64,000 nt of DNA from a phage: the NCBI GenBank assembly GCA_014435945.1, contig GCA_014435945.1_4088.1; one strand, 5' to 3'. The stretch's first letter is position 1. Each line of letters begins with the position of its first letter. Below are positions 18,230-28,157 of the stretch, piece after piece. Under the pieces are notes generated by a model that searched no databases, was not told the origin of the DNA, and worked only from the letters and a program-made list of their open reading frames with translations. The position numbers and the translations under genes were made by a program.

Positions 18230-19378
18230 ATGTTTGAAAAGTACTATTTAAATGAAGATGGTGAGAAAGTTTATATTATTGAAGAATTATGTACTAAATT
18301 TGAGTACATGAAAATAGAAAATGTTCCTGTAAAAAATAAAAAAACTATCGTTAGAATTGATGAAATTAAACTAAAAGCCATTGAAAAAGAAGATACTATT
18401 TTTGGCTTACAGATATCAAACAGTAATCAATTTTTTGGACTAGAAAAGAATAAAGTTCTGTTTAGATGTGGAACATGCAGCACTTTATGTACAAGTTCAC
18501 TGAAAAGTTATCTTATCTCTGGTGGATGTCAGATATGTGGTAAGAAGAAAAGAAAAGAGTACCAAAACACTATCAAAATATCTGAATCTGATGCATTAAA
18601 AGAAATACAAAAAGAGTGTAAACGCGAATCTATTACATTTATCAAATTTGAAGGTGAATTTACTACAAAATTCAAATCTAAATTTTGGTACAAATGTAAA
18701 AACAACCATACTCGTTTATGTGAGAACATTTATGATTTTCTTAATGGTCATAATTGTGTTGAATGTCGTGATTACAGCTCGGCAAAAAAGATTCGTTTGA
18801 ATATTCTAGTAGTCAAATATGAAATAGATAAAAGAAACGCAGTTTGTAATAATACCTTTATTGGATTTGTGGGAGGTGTTTATGAAACATCAAAAACAAA
18901 ATTACATTTACAGTGTAATGATTGTAATAACCCATTTTATCCATCATATCATAACTATATATCATCTGAGTCTTCATGTCCTACCTGTTCATCAGGTGAG
19001 AGTAAGAATTTAGTTGATATTGATGGTATGTTAGAAGATGATACCATAAAAGAGAAACGCTTCATTGATTGTAAGTTCAAAAAGCCATTACCTTTTGATC
19101 GATTTATTGAAAGTAAACGAATCCTTCTGGAATATGATGGAGTACAACATTTTCAATCAATCAAATTATGGGGCGGCAAAAGTGCTTTTGAACAAAGAAA
19201 GATAAAAGACGCAATAAAAACTGAGTACGCCATCAACAACGGTTACAACTTCATTAGGATTGCATACTATGAAGACCACGTTGCAGTACTGAAATCTTTT
19301 CTAAAACTTATCGAAGATAATCCAGAAAAGCAAATCGTACAGATTTATGGTGAAGTACAAATCTTAGACAAGAAATAA
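18230..19378 (+). CDS. Cys-rich multi-Zn-ribbon protein with C-terminal Vsr/DUF559-like (PD-(D/E)xK) endonuclease motif; candidate homing-type endonuclease
   Basis: Several CxxC pairs; C-terminal EYDGxQH..D..K..A...GY.FIRI pattern. Confidence 0.5.
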   Translation: MFEKYYLNEDGEKVYIIEELCTKFEYMKIENVPVKNKKTIVRIDEIKLKAIEKEDTIFGLQISNSNQFFGLEKNKVLFRCGTCSTLCTSSLKSYLISGGCQICGKKKRKEYQNTIKISESDALKEIQKECKRESITFIKFEGEFTTKFKSKFWYKCKNNHTRLCENIYDFLNGHNCVECRDYSSAKKIRLNILVVKYEIDKRNAVCNNTFIGFVGGVYETSKTKLHLQCNDCNNPFYPSYHNYISSESSCPTCSSGESKNLVDIDGMLEDDTIKEKRFIDCKFKKPLPFDRFIESKRILLEYDGVQHFQSIKLWGGKSAFEQRKIKDAIKTEYAINNGYNFIRIAYYEDHVAVLKSFLKLIEDNPEKQIVQIYGEVQILDKK

Positions 19379-19387
19379 CAATACAAA

Positions 19388-19423
19388 AGGGTTGACTTCG
19401 GTCAGCCCTTTTTGCTATAATTA
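19388..19423 (+). promoter_or_regulatory. PeSL-like terminator-promoter cassette
   Basis: gggttgacttcggtcagccctttttgctataat. Confidence 0.7.
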
Positions 19424-19449
19424 TTTCATCAACTGATGAGGATAACGAA

Positions 19450-20220
19450 ATGACCAGAGAAGCACGTAGCATTCAAATCCAGAAAAACTTCAACTCCATG
19501 ATGGTTGCTCTTGAGTGTTTGCTCGATGATAGCAGTACTGTAAAAAGTATGGTTGTCAGTGGTGCACCTGGTGTTGGTAAGACTTACACCCTGTCACAAC
19601 GCCTCCAGAAAGCTCATGACGCAGCAGAATGGAACGTAGCTACTATCAGTGGTAAGATGACTACTCTTGCTCTGTATGAAGTTCTGTACAAGAATCGTCA
19701 CAGCACTAACGTATTAGTACTGGATGATATGGACAGCATCTTTGATTCAGAAGACGGTATGAACCTGCTCAAAGCAGTACTGGACAGCGGTAAACGTACT
19801 GTGTCTTACATGACTAGCTCTAAGTACTTAACTACCAACGGTATCCCTAACAGCTTTGATTTTAACGGTCGTATCGTATTCATTACTAACAAAGATTTAG
19901 CACTGAATGCTAAAGCTAAAACCAAAATGTCTGCTCACTATGCTGCTCTTATGTCTCGCTCTGTGTATGTTGACTTACAGATCCAGACTAAAAGCGATAT
20001 CATGATTCACATTGAAAACGTAATGAACAAGACCAACATCCTGTCAACTAAAGGTGTTAATAGTAATGGTAGCAAAGCAATCCTGAATTGGATGCTGAAA
20101 CATGAAGATGCACTTCGTGCCCCTTCACTGCGTATGCCTCTGTTGATTTCAGCAGTATACAACAACAACCCGTATGATTGGGAAGAGCAGTGCGAAAATT
20201 TGTTCCTTGAGAAAATTTAA
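19450..20220 (+). CDS. P-loop NTPase (Walker A GAPGVGKT, Walker B VLVLDD)
   Basis: Motifs read directly; codon usage looks less AT-biased than neighbours. Confidence 0.65.
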   Translation: MTREARSIQIQKNFNSMMVALECLLDDSSTVKSMVVSGAPGVGKTYTLSQRLQKAHDAAEWNVATISGKMTTLALYEVLYKNRHSTNVLVLDDMDSIFDSEDGMNLLKAVLDSGKRTVSYMTSSKYLTTNGIPNSFDFNGRIVFITNKDLALNAKAKTKMSAHYAALMSRSVYVDLQIQTKSDIMIHIENVMNKTNILSTKGVNSNGSKAILNWMLKHEDALRAPSLRMPLLISAVYNNNPYDWEEQCENLFLEKI

Positions 20221-20287
20221 TTACATGTATTGACAGTACTACCATAGTGTAGTACTATAACTTAATATTCACCACCGGAGATACGAT

Positions 20288-20626
20288 ATGCTTGAGTTTT
20301 TTAATTCAGATACAATGCTTAGTATTACTTTGATTTATCTGTTTGGTTTTTTCTTTTATCATGCACTAGTTGTAGTACTATGGTATTTTAAAAAGAAAAT
20401 CGTTTTCAAACTGTATCCTGATGGAAACATTTCACTACTTCTTTTCACTATTATCCAAGGTATGTTTGCAATTGTTGGTCTTATCGCACACTTAATTTAT
20501 TGTGCTAATCCACAGTTGAACTCAATATCACAATATATTGTATTCCTTGGATTACTAATTTGGGTGCTGATATACTTGTTTAATCTCATCATCAATGGTA
20601 GAGCAAAAATTCGTGGGGACTTCTAA
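20288..20626 (+). CDS. small multi-pass membrane protein, family M
   Basis: Hydrophobic composition; tandem paralog run. Confidence 0.5.
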   Translation: MLEFFNSDTMLSITLIYLFGFFFYHALVVVLWYFKKKIVFKLYPDGNISLLLFTIIQGMFAIVGLIAHLIYCANPQLNSISQYIVFLGLLIWVLIYLFNLIINGRAKIRGDF

Positions 20627-20973
20627 TGTTTGAATCTTATCTTGAGTTTTTAAAGAGTAGTTCTGTTGCACATTCAATTGCAGGGATTATTCTAACAGGT
20701 TATGTAACATTTTGGGTAGTTATGTTTCTAGGATGGTATTTTAAACGACAATTCTATAAGCGTAATGGTGAAGATTTTATGAATTCTTTCATTAATCAAT
20801 CGTTGTTTGCATCAACATTGATAGCATCTATTGTAGCAACACTCACTGGAAAGGTACTGCCAGCATTCTCCGCAGTTTACGGTACATTGGGTATGATATG
20901 TGTAGTTTTTTACTTGATCATTAAACTTTGTTGTGTTATGATTGACCTTCGAAACAAGATACCGGAGGAATGA
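20626..20973 (+). CDS. small multi-pass membrane protein, family M
   Basis: C-terminus LRNKIPEE; overlapping start/stop. Confidence 0.5.
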   Translation: MFESYLEFLKSSSVAHSIAGIILTGYVTFWVVMFLGWYFKRQFYKRNGEDFMNSFINQSLFASTLIASIVATLTGKVLPAFSAVYGTLGMICVVFYLIIKLCCVMIDLRNKIPEE

Positions 20974-21308
20974 TGGAATATTTTTTACACTTACTGCCGT
21001 GGTATATGAAAGTTAGTACTATGTACTATATTCTTAGTGCTGGATTCTACTTTCTGATGTGGTTCTTCAAACGACCAATTTCAGTATTCATCTCTGATAA
21101 CATGCTGCAATTAAAATTACACGCATGGTTTGGTATGGCGATGATTATGCCAATTATTCACTACTCAATGATTAGTAGAGGGTTCCGTTCCAATGGTGAA
21201 CCAATTGTATTAGTATTCTATTGGGGTTCAACTATTGCATATGTAAGTTTGTTGTTGTTCCCAGTCGTTCATAAATTACGTGCTAAAGTTCCTGATGCGA
21301 GGTACTAA
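20970..21308 (+). CDS. small multi-pass membrane protein, family M
   Basis: C-terminus LRAKVPDARY. Confidence 0.5.
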   Translation: MMEYFLHLLPWYMKVSTMYYILSAGFYFLMWFFKRPISVFISDNMLQLKLHAWFGMAMIMPIIHYSMISRGFRSNGEPIVLVFYWGSTIAYVSLLLFPVVHKLRAKVPDARY

Positions 21309-21622
21309 TGGATATCGTAACATTGATTTACACGCTTTATTCATTCTATTTTATTATGTGTTGGGTTGGATTTTTATTTGTATTGAAGATGTTTGATTAT
21401 GTTGAAAAACAGATAAAAGAATTTTGTATTCCTTTTATTGGGTCAACCATAATTAGTATTACTTGTTTGTATTATTTGGTATGTGATCCACCTGTTAATA
21501 CAGCAATGATTGACTTCATGTTATTACCAACAACTGTTATTTTTTTATGTAGTCTGATGCCACCGATTAGTCGTGGGCTAACCGAATTTAGACGCAATCA
21601 AAAGCGTAAACGAGGGATGTGA
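21308..21622 (+). CDS. small multi-pass membrane protein, family M
   Basis: Hydrophobic; basic C-terminus. Confidence 0.5.
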   Translation: MDIVTLIYTLYSFYFIMCWVGFLFVLKMFDYVEKQIKEFCIPFIGSTIISITCLYYLVCDPPVNTAMIDFMLLPTTVIFLCSLMPPISRGLTEFRRNQKRKRGM

Positions 21623-21990
21623 TGGAAATTACACTTATTATATTAACTGCTATGTTGTTTATTAGTACAATTGTTATTATTGGCAAGTTCTTCTGTGTAT
21701 CCTTCTTGGAAACCGTATACGATGAAATTGCTGATGATTATGAATTACATGCGGGATTTTTTACTACGTATTGGATTAGTTTATTACTACTTATCACTGT
21801 ATGGATTTTACATATATTCAAATGGGGTATGGTAGATGGTGATCCAGTACTGGCAATTATCTGTGTAGTGTTTGGTCTACTCGGTGGTGCTGTCCATAAT
21901 CTGATGGTAATTTGGCAAACCGTACAATATGTATTAGTTCCACATTTTCAGAGAATGCACCAAAGCATCAAATACCGCAAACGAGGATAA
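21619..21990 (+). CDS. small multi-pass membrane protein, family M
   Basis: Hydrophobic; basic C-terminus. Confidence 0.5.
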   Translation: MMEITLIILTAMLFISTIVIIGKFFCVSFLETVYDEIADDYELHAGFFTTYWISLLLLITVWILHIFKWGMVDGDPVLAIICVVFGLLGGAVHNLMVIWQTVQYVLVPHFQRMHQSIKYRKRG

Positions 21991-21991
21991 C

Positions 21992-22354
21992 ATGAATAAT
22001 ATTGAATTATCTTTTATTGGTCAATTAATGGTAATGGCGTATACATTTATCTTCTCACTGAATGCATTCGTGTGCATTGGGAAGTACTTCCATAAGCGAC
22101 CATTATCAAATATATATGATGTAATACAAAGGAGATATAGCCCAGCATATACTGTGTTGAGTACAGCATTCAATTTTGGTTTTATTCTAATGCTGGTTGC
22201 ATTATTAACATCGAGTTTAAATTTTATAACATTTGGTATTATGGTATGTTCACTAACACTGAGTGTGGTTATTCTCTGTGCATCCGTTGAGTTGATGGCG
22301 TGGATGTATTATAAGATTTCCGAAATCCATGACCGTTTAGGTAAGAGGAACTAA
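21992..22354 (+). CDS. small multi-pass membrane protein, family M
   Basis: Hydrophobic; basic C-terminus. Confidence 0.5.
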   Translation: MNNIELSFIGQLMVMAYTFIFSLNAFVCIGKYFHKRPLSNIYDVIQRRYSPAYTVLSTAFNFGFILMLVALLTSSLNFITFGIMVCSLTLSVVILCASVELMAWMYYKISEIHDRLGKRN

Positions 22355-22355
22355 A

Positions 22356-22727
22356 ATGAGTTATCGTGAAATATTTTCGATCATTACTATTATTGTTTTT
22401 AGTTTAGGTTCTTTGGTGTGGTTATTGTATTACTTCTGTGTAACCCCAGTATATAATATGCTAAATTCAGTACGCTCTGATGTTGGTATTGTTTCTTTTA
22501 TTATCTTCATGGCATATTATATGCTAAGTATCACAGGTTTGGTTTTGGTTGTTATCTTTGACCTTGGACCGAATCAAGATGGTATGGAGGTGTGGGAATT
22601 GATAACGATGTTTGCATGTATGATACCTGCATTTGGTGTATGTGCTGGTGTATTTTATGGGTTATGTAAAGGTGTGAACTACTTAAAAAATATCCACAAT
22701 ACTATTCGTAAAAAACGTATGTTATAA
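22356..22727 (+). CDS. small multi-pass membrane protein, family M
   Basis: Hydrophobic; basic C-terminus. Confidence 0.5.
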   Translation: MSYREIFSIITIIVFSLGSLVWLLYYFCVTPVYNMLNSVRSDVGIVSFIIFMAYYMLSITGLVLVVIFDLGPNQDGMEVWELITMFACMIPAFGVCAGVFYGLCKGVNYLKNIHNTIRKKRML

Positions 22728-22732
22728 TAAAA

Positions 22733-22757
22733 ATCCAGTACTATTATAGTACTGGAT
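22733..22757. terminator. bidirectional terminator hairpin (ATCCAGTACTA-tta-TAGTACTGGAT) between convergent genes
   Basis: Perfect 11-bp inverted repeat with A/T runs on both sides. Confidence 0.6.
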
Positions 22758-22762
22758 TAATT

Positions 22763-23887
22763 TTAATTATCTAAGCCACCAATTACACTGAACTGTGTGG
22801 TAACGTCTGAACTATTATCTATGTAAGTTCTTCTACCAACATAATATAGTTGTCCTTTTGCTTGTATAAAAGTTACTGTCCCTGTATTGAATGTTATAAT
22901 ATCATTGTATGTAATGTCAGGTGGTAGTGCTGCTGATAACGCAGTAACTTTACTTAATGCAGCACTAGTACTACCATTTATACCAGCAGCAATACTACCA
23001 GTACCATAGAACTTATTATCTTTACCAATGAATACGTTGGCTGATGCTTGTGTAGCTGATGTTATTGCCTTACCAATTTGGAATGCGGTTCCTATGGTGT
23101 ATGGTGTGCTCCTGGCTGCGTCTATGCTTTGTGTATATCCATCCCCTAGCTGACCATTAACTTTGTCACCACATGAGTATAGAGTACCATTGAGGCTGTA
23201 TATGATCCCACGGTTAGAGAAGCTAACAGCTTCTGCATTAGTCCATACTGGTGCGGTGTATGAGTTTACACGACTAGCGGTAGTTCCTAGACCTAGTATA
23301 CCATATGTGTTATCACCACATCCAAACCATTGCCCAGAACTGTTTTGATAGAACACTGAACGTTCTGTTGATTCCATGCGTACAGCATCCACAGCACCAC
23401 TTTTAACGAACGAAGTGGATGAGGATGTAGTACCAGTACCCAATGCACCATAAGTGTTTGTACCAATCGCATAGATTGATCCTAGTGGTGTCATAACACG
23501 TATGCAGTTATATCCCAATTGAACTTTACATTCAAATAGGTTGTCCCATATTTCAGGAACAGCAGAAAATAAATTTGTAATTTCGAACCATGATGTTGTC
23601 GAACCAGTTAATCCTATACTGCTTTTGTTTCCTAAAATGAAAACAGTTTTGTCCTTCTTAATTATCCATGATGATAGGAAACCTATCTCACAGCTATGAA
23701 CATTTGATTCTATTTGGGTAATATAATACTTAACTGTGTTATCACCCATGAATGCCGCAGCACCGGATGCAAAAAGGTTTCCAGTTTGTTTATTTAAAAT
23801 GTAGTTATTGTTTCCATATACTCTAACATCATAAGAACTTTCTTGTTTTTCGTTCCCATAATCAAATAACAATACGAAAGGTAACAT
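22763..23887 (-). CDS. RCC1-like repeat protein, array member 17 (divergent leader MLPFVLLFDYGN)
   Basis: Repeated G-x-N-x-x-GQLG-x-G-like motifs; paralog of array. Confidence 0.7.
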   Translation of the reverse strand: MLPFVLLFDYGNEKQESSYDVRVYGNNNYILNKQTGNLFASGAAAFMGDNTVKYYITQIESNVHSCEIGFLSSWIIKKDKTVFILGNKSSIGLTGSTTSWFEITNLFSAVPEIWDNLFECKVQLGYNCIRVMTPLGSIYAIGTNTYGALGTGTTSSSTSFVKSGAVDAVRMESTERSVFYQNSSGQWFGCGDNTYGILGLGTTASRVNSYTAPVWTNAEAVSFSNRGIIYSLNGTLYSCGDKVNGQLGDGYTQSIDAARSTPYTIGTAFQIGKAITSATQASANVFIGKDNKFYGTGSIAAGINGSTSAALSKVTALSAALPPDITYNDIITFNTGTVTFIQAKGQLYYVGRRTYIDNSSDVTTQFSVIGGLDN

Positions 23888-23964
23888 GATAAAATCTCCT
23901 TGTGTTATACTTTATTTAATCATTTTATAATGTACAATTTTACAGCGATTTAATTGAGGTACTC

Positions 23965-24615
23965 ATGAATAAAAGAAGTAAGTTCTATCAAGAATATTTC
24001 ACTAAACAGAAACGATTCACAAAAAAATACTTTACATCATCCCACCGACCAGTTGCAAGTTACAAACGTCCTAATACTAACTATCTTACTGGTGGCAAGT
24101 TTAGTGCAAAGTTCGAATTACTTATGCGTGAAAAGAATATCAAGATGCATTACGCAGAGACGAGAAAAAACTCATCAATTATTTGCTCTGATTTTCTTGA
24201 GTACGGTTGCTTAACTTATAAATTCAACGATGTATATTTGTATATTGATGTTGATTGTAACAGTACTCGTATGTTTGAGATTTCAATTCACCCAAATCAC
24301 AACCGTTATATAAACATTAACTTGGTTGATAAAGTACTGATTGGTATATCTAGTACTGATGGTGGTGGATTTGAATTTATTGCTTCAAAATATGATGAAG
24401 ATTTCGTACTTTACCCAGTACTTGATGATGTGAAAGATATTCTCAATTCATTAAAAGGAAGTCAATACAAATTATCTGAAGAACAGCTATTCCAGTACTC
24501 ACTTATTCATGATGATATCGAGATATACTTAGAGTGTGCGAGAATCTTGGAGTATCTTTATAATGAACTAACAACAACTGGTAAAGTGACTGCATTCACA
24601 TTATATAATATGTAA
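23965..24615 (+). CDS. hypothetical basic protein (216 aa), opposite strand, embedded inside the RCC1-like array
   Basis: ORF track; SD GAGG; TATAAT upstream. Confidence 0.5.
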   Translation: MNKRSKFYQEYFTKQKRFTKKYFTSSHRPVASYKRPNTNYLTGGKFSAKFELLMREKNIKMHYAETRKNSSIICSDFLEYGCLTYKFNDVYLYIDVDCNSTRMFEISIHPNHNRYININLVDKVLIGISSTDGGGFEFIASKYDEDFVLYPVLDDVKDILNSLKGSQYKLSEEQLFQYSLIHDDIEIYLECARILEYLYNELTTTGKVTAFTLYNM

Positions 24616-24622
24616 AAGAAAA

Positions 24623-24641
24623 GCCAGTACATAGTACTGGC
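24623..24641. terminator. bidirectional terminator hairpin GCCAGTAC-ata-GTACTGGC
   Basis: Inverted repeat between convergent genes. Confidence 0.55.
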
Positions 24642-24647
24642 ATTATA

Positions 24648-25784
24648 TTAAACTGGTGGAGAATTATATGGCTCAAATTTATAAGTTGTCGTAGCAGTAC
24701 CAGCAATGGCGTTGTTAGCTAGTATGTACATAGTCCTGTAGTCGATTACCACCACAGTAATACTACCACCAAAAGCATAGTCTGTTATGTTATTAGTGTT
24801 GAATGGTAAATTAGATGAACTGGTCCATGTATTAGCTGTTGTGCTATTTGTACCATTGGAATAGCCGACACTAGATGCACCAGTTGTCCATAAGTTTCCA
24901 TCATTGAACAACGATACATGGTTAGCTGTATATGATTTATTAGGTATAGAACTATCAATTGGTGTATTCCAAACTTTAGTAACCCATGTTGTAACTGCTG
25001 TATTATTAGTAACGCCATTACCTAATGAACCATTTATTGGTATACCTCTTATATAAGAAGTGTTAGTACTAGGGTCAACATATCCAAATGTATATGTATC
25101 AAATGCAAATTGAAAACAATCAGAACTCGGTAATGTGTACAGTAATGTATATGAAGACGTGTTTATTGATGAATTTGTACCGTTCACGCCTTGGTATAAA
25201 ATACCACTAGCCAATATTTGATTATTATTTTTTGTTATAGTGTTCATTGACGGATATGTTTTCACATCACGCACATCATTAGTCACATATGTTTGTGTTG
25301 ATAATGCAACATTACTACCATTACCTATAACTCCTGTATTTGCACCACTCCCATAAAGTGAACCATCATTCAAAAGAACCATTGTGACATTACCATTTCC
25401 CGTAATTGTTTTAATATTACTAACATCCACCGCAGCAAATACAGTTGATGTTAAATCAGTGAAACGTGTATAATGTGATGTTGTGCCATTGATTGGTGTC
25501 GCAAAACCAGAATACAAAATTCTATTTTCTTTGGTAATAAGGAATGTGCCAGTAACACCATTTGAATGGATATCAACAATATTATCGCCCATTAATACCC
25601 AATCACTTACGAATGTTGTTGTGCCAGTACCTAACCCATATGTAGTGTTGTAACCACGTCCATATACTCTACCATCACTGAGTAATGTTACCACACATTG
25701 ACCACCACCACCAAGTATAACTTTTTGTATAGTACTCTTTACTTTTATATTCCCGTACTTAACCATTCTTGCAAAAGGTAACAT
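24648..25784 (-). CDS. RCC1-like repeat protein, array member 16 (leader MLPFARMVKYGN)
   Basis: Conserved N-terminus; GQLG-type repeats; own promoter/SD cassette. Confidence 0.75.
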   Translation of the reverse strand: MLPFARMVKYGNIKVKSTIQKVILGGGGQCVVTLLSDGRVYGRGYNTTYGLGTGTTTFVSDWVLMGDNIVDIHSNGVTGTFLITKENRILYSGFATPINGTTSHYTRFTDLTSTVFAAVDVSNIKTITGNGNVTMVLLNDGSLYGSGANTGVIGNGSNVALSTQTYVTNDVRDVKTYPSMNTITKNNNQILASGILYQGVNGTNSSINTSSYTLLYTLPSSDCFQFAFDTYTFGYVDPSTNTSYIRGIPINGSLGNGVTNNTAVTTWVTKVWNTPIDSSIPNKSYTANHVSLFNDGNLWTTGASSVGYSNGTNSTTANTWTSSSNLPFNTNNITDYAFGGSITVVVIDYRTMYILANNAIAGTATTTYKFEPYNSPPV

Positions 25785-25856
25785 AATTCCCTCCTTTATT
25801 CATTATACTATATTTAATCAAAAAAGAAAAGCCAGTACTCAAGTACTGGCATTATT
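25785..25856 (-). promoter_or_regulatory. array intergenic cassette: hairpin terminator (25831-25850), T-run, TATAAT, AAGGAGG SD
   Basis: Near-identical sequence recurs between array genes. Confidence 0.65.
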
Positions 25857-27017
25857 TTAAATTGGTGAATCTTCAACAAATATAGTACTAGCAGTACCAC
25901 CAGATACTAGGTTAGTACCACTTGAATATATTTTGTTTCCATCTGTCATATATGTTTTACCATAGCAACTTTGGATTTTAACATCATTGAAATTTAAATC
26001 AGGAGTAATAGACTTAGTGTAAGTTAATACGTTAGTAGTTGAACCTGTACTTAATTGTCCATAGTATGAAGTCGCTGAGTTATTACCAGCAACGTATACA
26101 CCTGTGTCAGTAATAACAAAGTTAGAGTAATATCCGTACCCATATCCTATATCTAATATATTTCCTTGTGGTTGATTTGCCACAACAGTTGTCAATATGT
26201 TGGTTGATGCTGCTGTATTAGTAGCAGTCTGTCCATATGATTGGTCACCACCAGTATACACAGTAACAACAGACGTACTTTTGTTTCTAGCAATACCTTG
26301 AACCATACCATTAACAGTACTTATAAATGCTATAGTACTAACAGTTGCTGGTAATCCATCTGATAATGCGAATACATTATAAAAACTCACGGTTGAAGTA
26401 CTGTTAGTATCACCTTTAACTTCACCTGTGTAATATAATCTACCACTTTCGGCAATAAATGAACACATGTTTATACCTGCAATAATCCTTTTCGGAACCG
26501 CACCACTTGGTATAATTGATTTTACTAATGTAGTAAAACTGTTAGAATAAGAAGCATTGCCAAGCTGTCCTCCTGTGTTATAACCACCACTCCAAATAGT
26601 TCCATTACTCATAAGTATTGAAATGAAGTTATTTCCTAATGATATTTCAGTAATTGTTCCTTGAGAATTAACTTGATTAATAAGAGTTTGCATAGAAGTC
26701 CATGCATTAACAGATGATGTACCCATACACACATTGTATTGTCGCCCTGTGTATTGATATGTACCATCTGATTTGTGAATCATTGTAGCATACTGACCAC
26801 ACCATACATCAATGACATCCGATGCAGTTACTGTCCATGATGTTCTGGTTGTATTGTCTCCTAAACCCAACTGACCACTTGAATTGGCACCACGGGTATA
26901 TAATTTACCATTATTACCCAATACCATAACCCAGTTATACCCTGCAACTAATTTTTTAATGGCAGCAGGGGATGGTGCAATGTTTCCGTAATCAAACATT
27001 CTAACAAAAGGTAACAT
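25857..27017 (-). CDS. RCC1-like repeat protein, array member 15 (MLPFVRMFDYGN)
   Basis: As above; 12-nt gap to upstream gene. Confidence 0.75.
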   Translation of the reverse strand: MLPFVRMFDYGNIAPSPAAIKKLVAGYNWVMVLGNNGKLYTRGANSSGQLGLGDNTTRTSWTVTASDVIDVWCGQYATMIHKSDGTYQYTGRQYNVCMGTSSVNAWTSMQTLINQVNSQGTITEISLGNNFISILMSNGTIWSGGYNTGGQLGNASYSNSFTTLVKSIIPSGAVPKRIIAGINMCSFIAESGRLYYTGEVKGDTNSTSTVSFYNVFALSDGLPATVSTIAFISTVNGMVQGIARNKSTSVVTVYTGGDQSYGQTATNTAASTNILTTVVANQPQGNILDIGYGYGYYSNFVITDTGVYVAGNNSATSYYGQLSTGSTTNVLTYTKSITPDLNFNDVKIQSCYGKTYMTDGNKIYSSGTNLVSGGTASTIFVEDSPI

Positions 27018-27029
27018 AATTATTCTCTC

Positions 27030-28148
27030 CTATATTACTATTTTTTCTTCAGTATATATTAATGCTTTATCTGAGGTAGTGTATCCAGGTAAAGGATACA
27101 ATCTACCTGCAACATAACATATGTCATTTTCTATATAATATGATGAATATGTACTGTCAAAGAATATAGGCTCTATTGAAGTTGGTGCATTGATCATCTT
27201 AGTAAATGCTGGAACCGGTCCAGGTGCAAAACTTGCATTTGTACTGGTAAACCCATAATTATCGGAAACTGCTGACGCATAATAATCGGTTCCATTCTGG
27301 ATTATTATTCTTGCTGCAACCGAACTACTATTATGAACGATTTTAGGAAATGCAAATGTAGCTGCATTATATGTGAATGGTAACGAACAAGAAACTAAAG
27401 TTGCAGTTGCACCAGACACTGATGTTCCATATGTATTGTTGACGTTTCCTCTGGCAAATACACCACTAGCTGTATTAAGCACTACAACAGCAACTGTTGC
27501 TGAATAACCCAAAACCCCTGTTGCAATTTGGGTAAACCCAGTGGAACTAGGTATTTGACTAGCGTTTGGGTTTCCAGAACCATAAAGAACCCCAGAATTA
27601 GTTAATGCCCATACGTTTGCATACATTAATTTGAATGACTTGACATCACTGACTATTGTATTTTTAACAAAAGATGTACTACTACTTGGTGTGCTCATTC
27701 CAAATATATATTGCGTATTCGTACCAATGAACCACAATTCTCCTAAATTTGTTAGCACACCTATACAGTTACGTAACACATTAACTTGAACATCAATTAT
27801 TGTACCAGTTATTGCATTAAAAATCGAACTACAATTAACAAATATATTACTTGTTGGATAACCAAATGCAGTAGTTACACCGCTACACATATACTGACCG
27901 TCTTTGAGTTTTAAAAATGTCCACGTAGGTGAATTGTAAAAGTCATCAACATTTTCATATATCAAAGTCCACTTATCAGCAGATGTAGTAACATCACCAA
28001 ACTGACCATTTGTATTTGGTCCAGTAGCATATAATTTCCCACTTGTTGTTAGTAATAAAACTCCATTACTACCATCCGTGACCAATTTGCGTATTTTCGT
28101 AACTTCTCTTACATTCCCGAACTTAACCATTCTTGCAAAAGGTAACAT
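27030..28148 (-). CDS. RCC1-like repeat protein, array member 14 (MLPFARMVKFGN)
   Basis: As above; 9-nt gap, SD only. Confidence 0.75.
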   Translation of the reverse strand: MLPFARMVKFGNVREVTKIRKLVTDGSNGVLLLTTSGKLYATGPNTNGQFGDVTTSADKWTLIYENVDDFYNSPTWTFLKLKDGQYMCSGVTTAFGYPTSNIFVNCSSIFNAITGTIIDVQVNVLRNCIGVLTNLGELWFIGTNTQYIFGMSTPSSSTSFVKNTIVSDVKSFKLMYANVWALTNSGVLYGSGNPNASQIPSSTGFTQIATGVLGYSATVAVVVLNTASGVFARGNVNNTYGTSVSGATATLVSCSLPFTYNAATFAFPKIVHNSSSVAARIIIQNGTDYYASAVSDNYGFTSTNASFAPGPVPAFTKMINAPTSIEPIFFDSTYSSYYIENDICYVAGRLYPLPGYTTSDKALIYTEEKIVI

Positions 28149-28157
28149 ATTTCCCTC

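Noticed and set aside
1250-20245. Minus-strand ORFs in the left region (1250..1537, 3554..3829, 4161..4343, 4730..5041, 6859..7050, 7300..7509, 8166..8354, 8763..8957, 9530..9736, 10224..10472, 11312..11566, 11331..11561, 11713..11934, 12149..12430, 12833..13039, 15250..15528, 16068..16271, 16346..16558, 17728..17913, 18529..18729, 20057..20245)
   Set aside because: Each is antisense to a better-supported + strand gene in a uniformly + oriented, tightly packed run; no SD or promoter context was seen.
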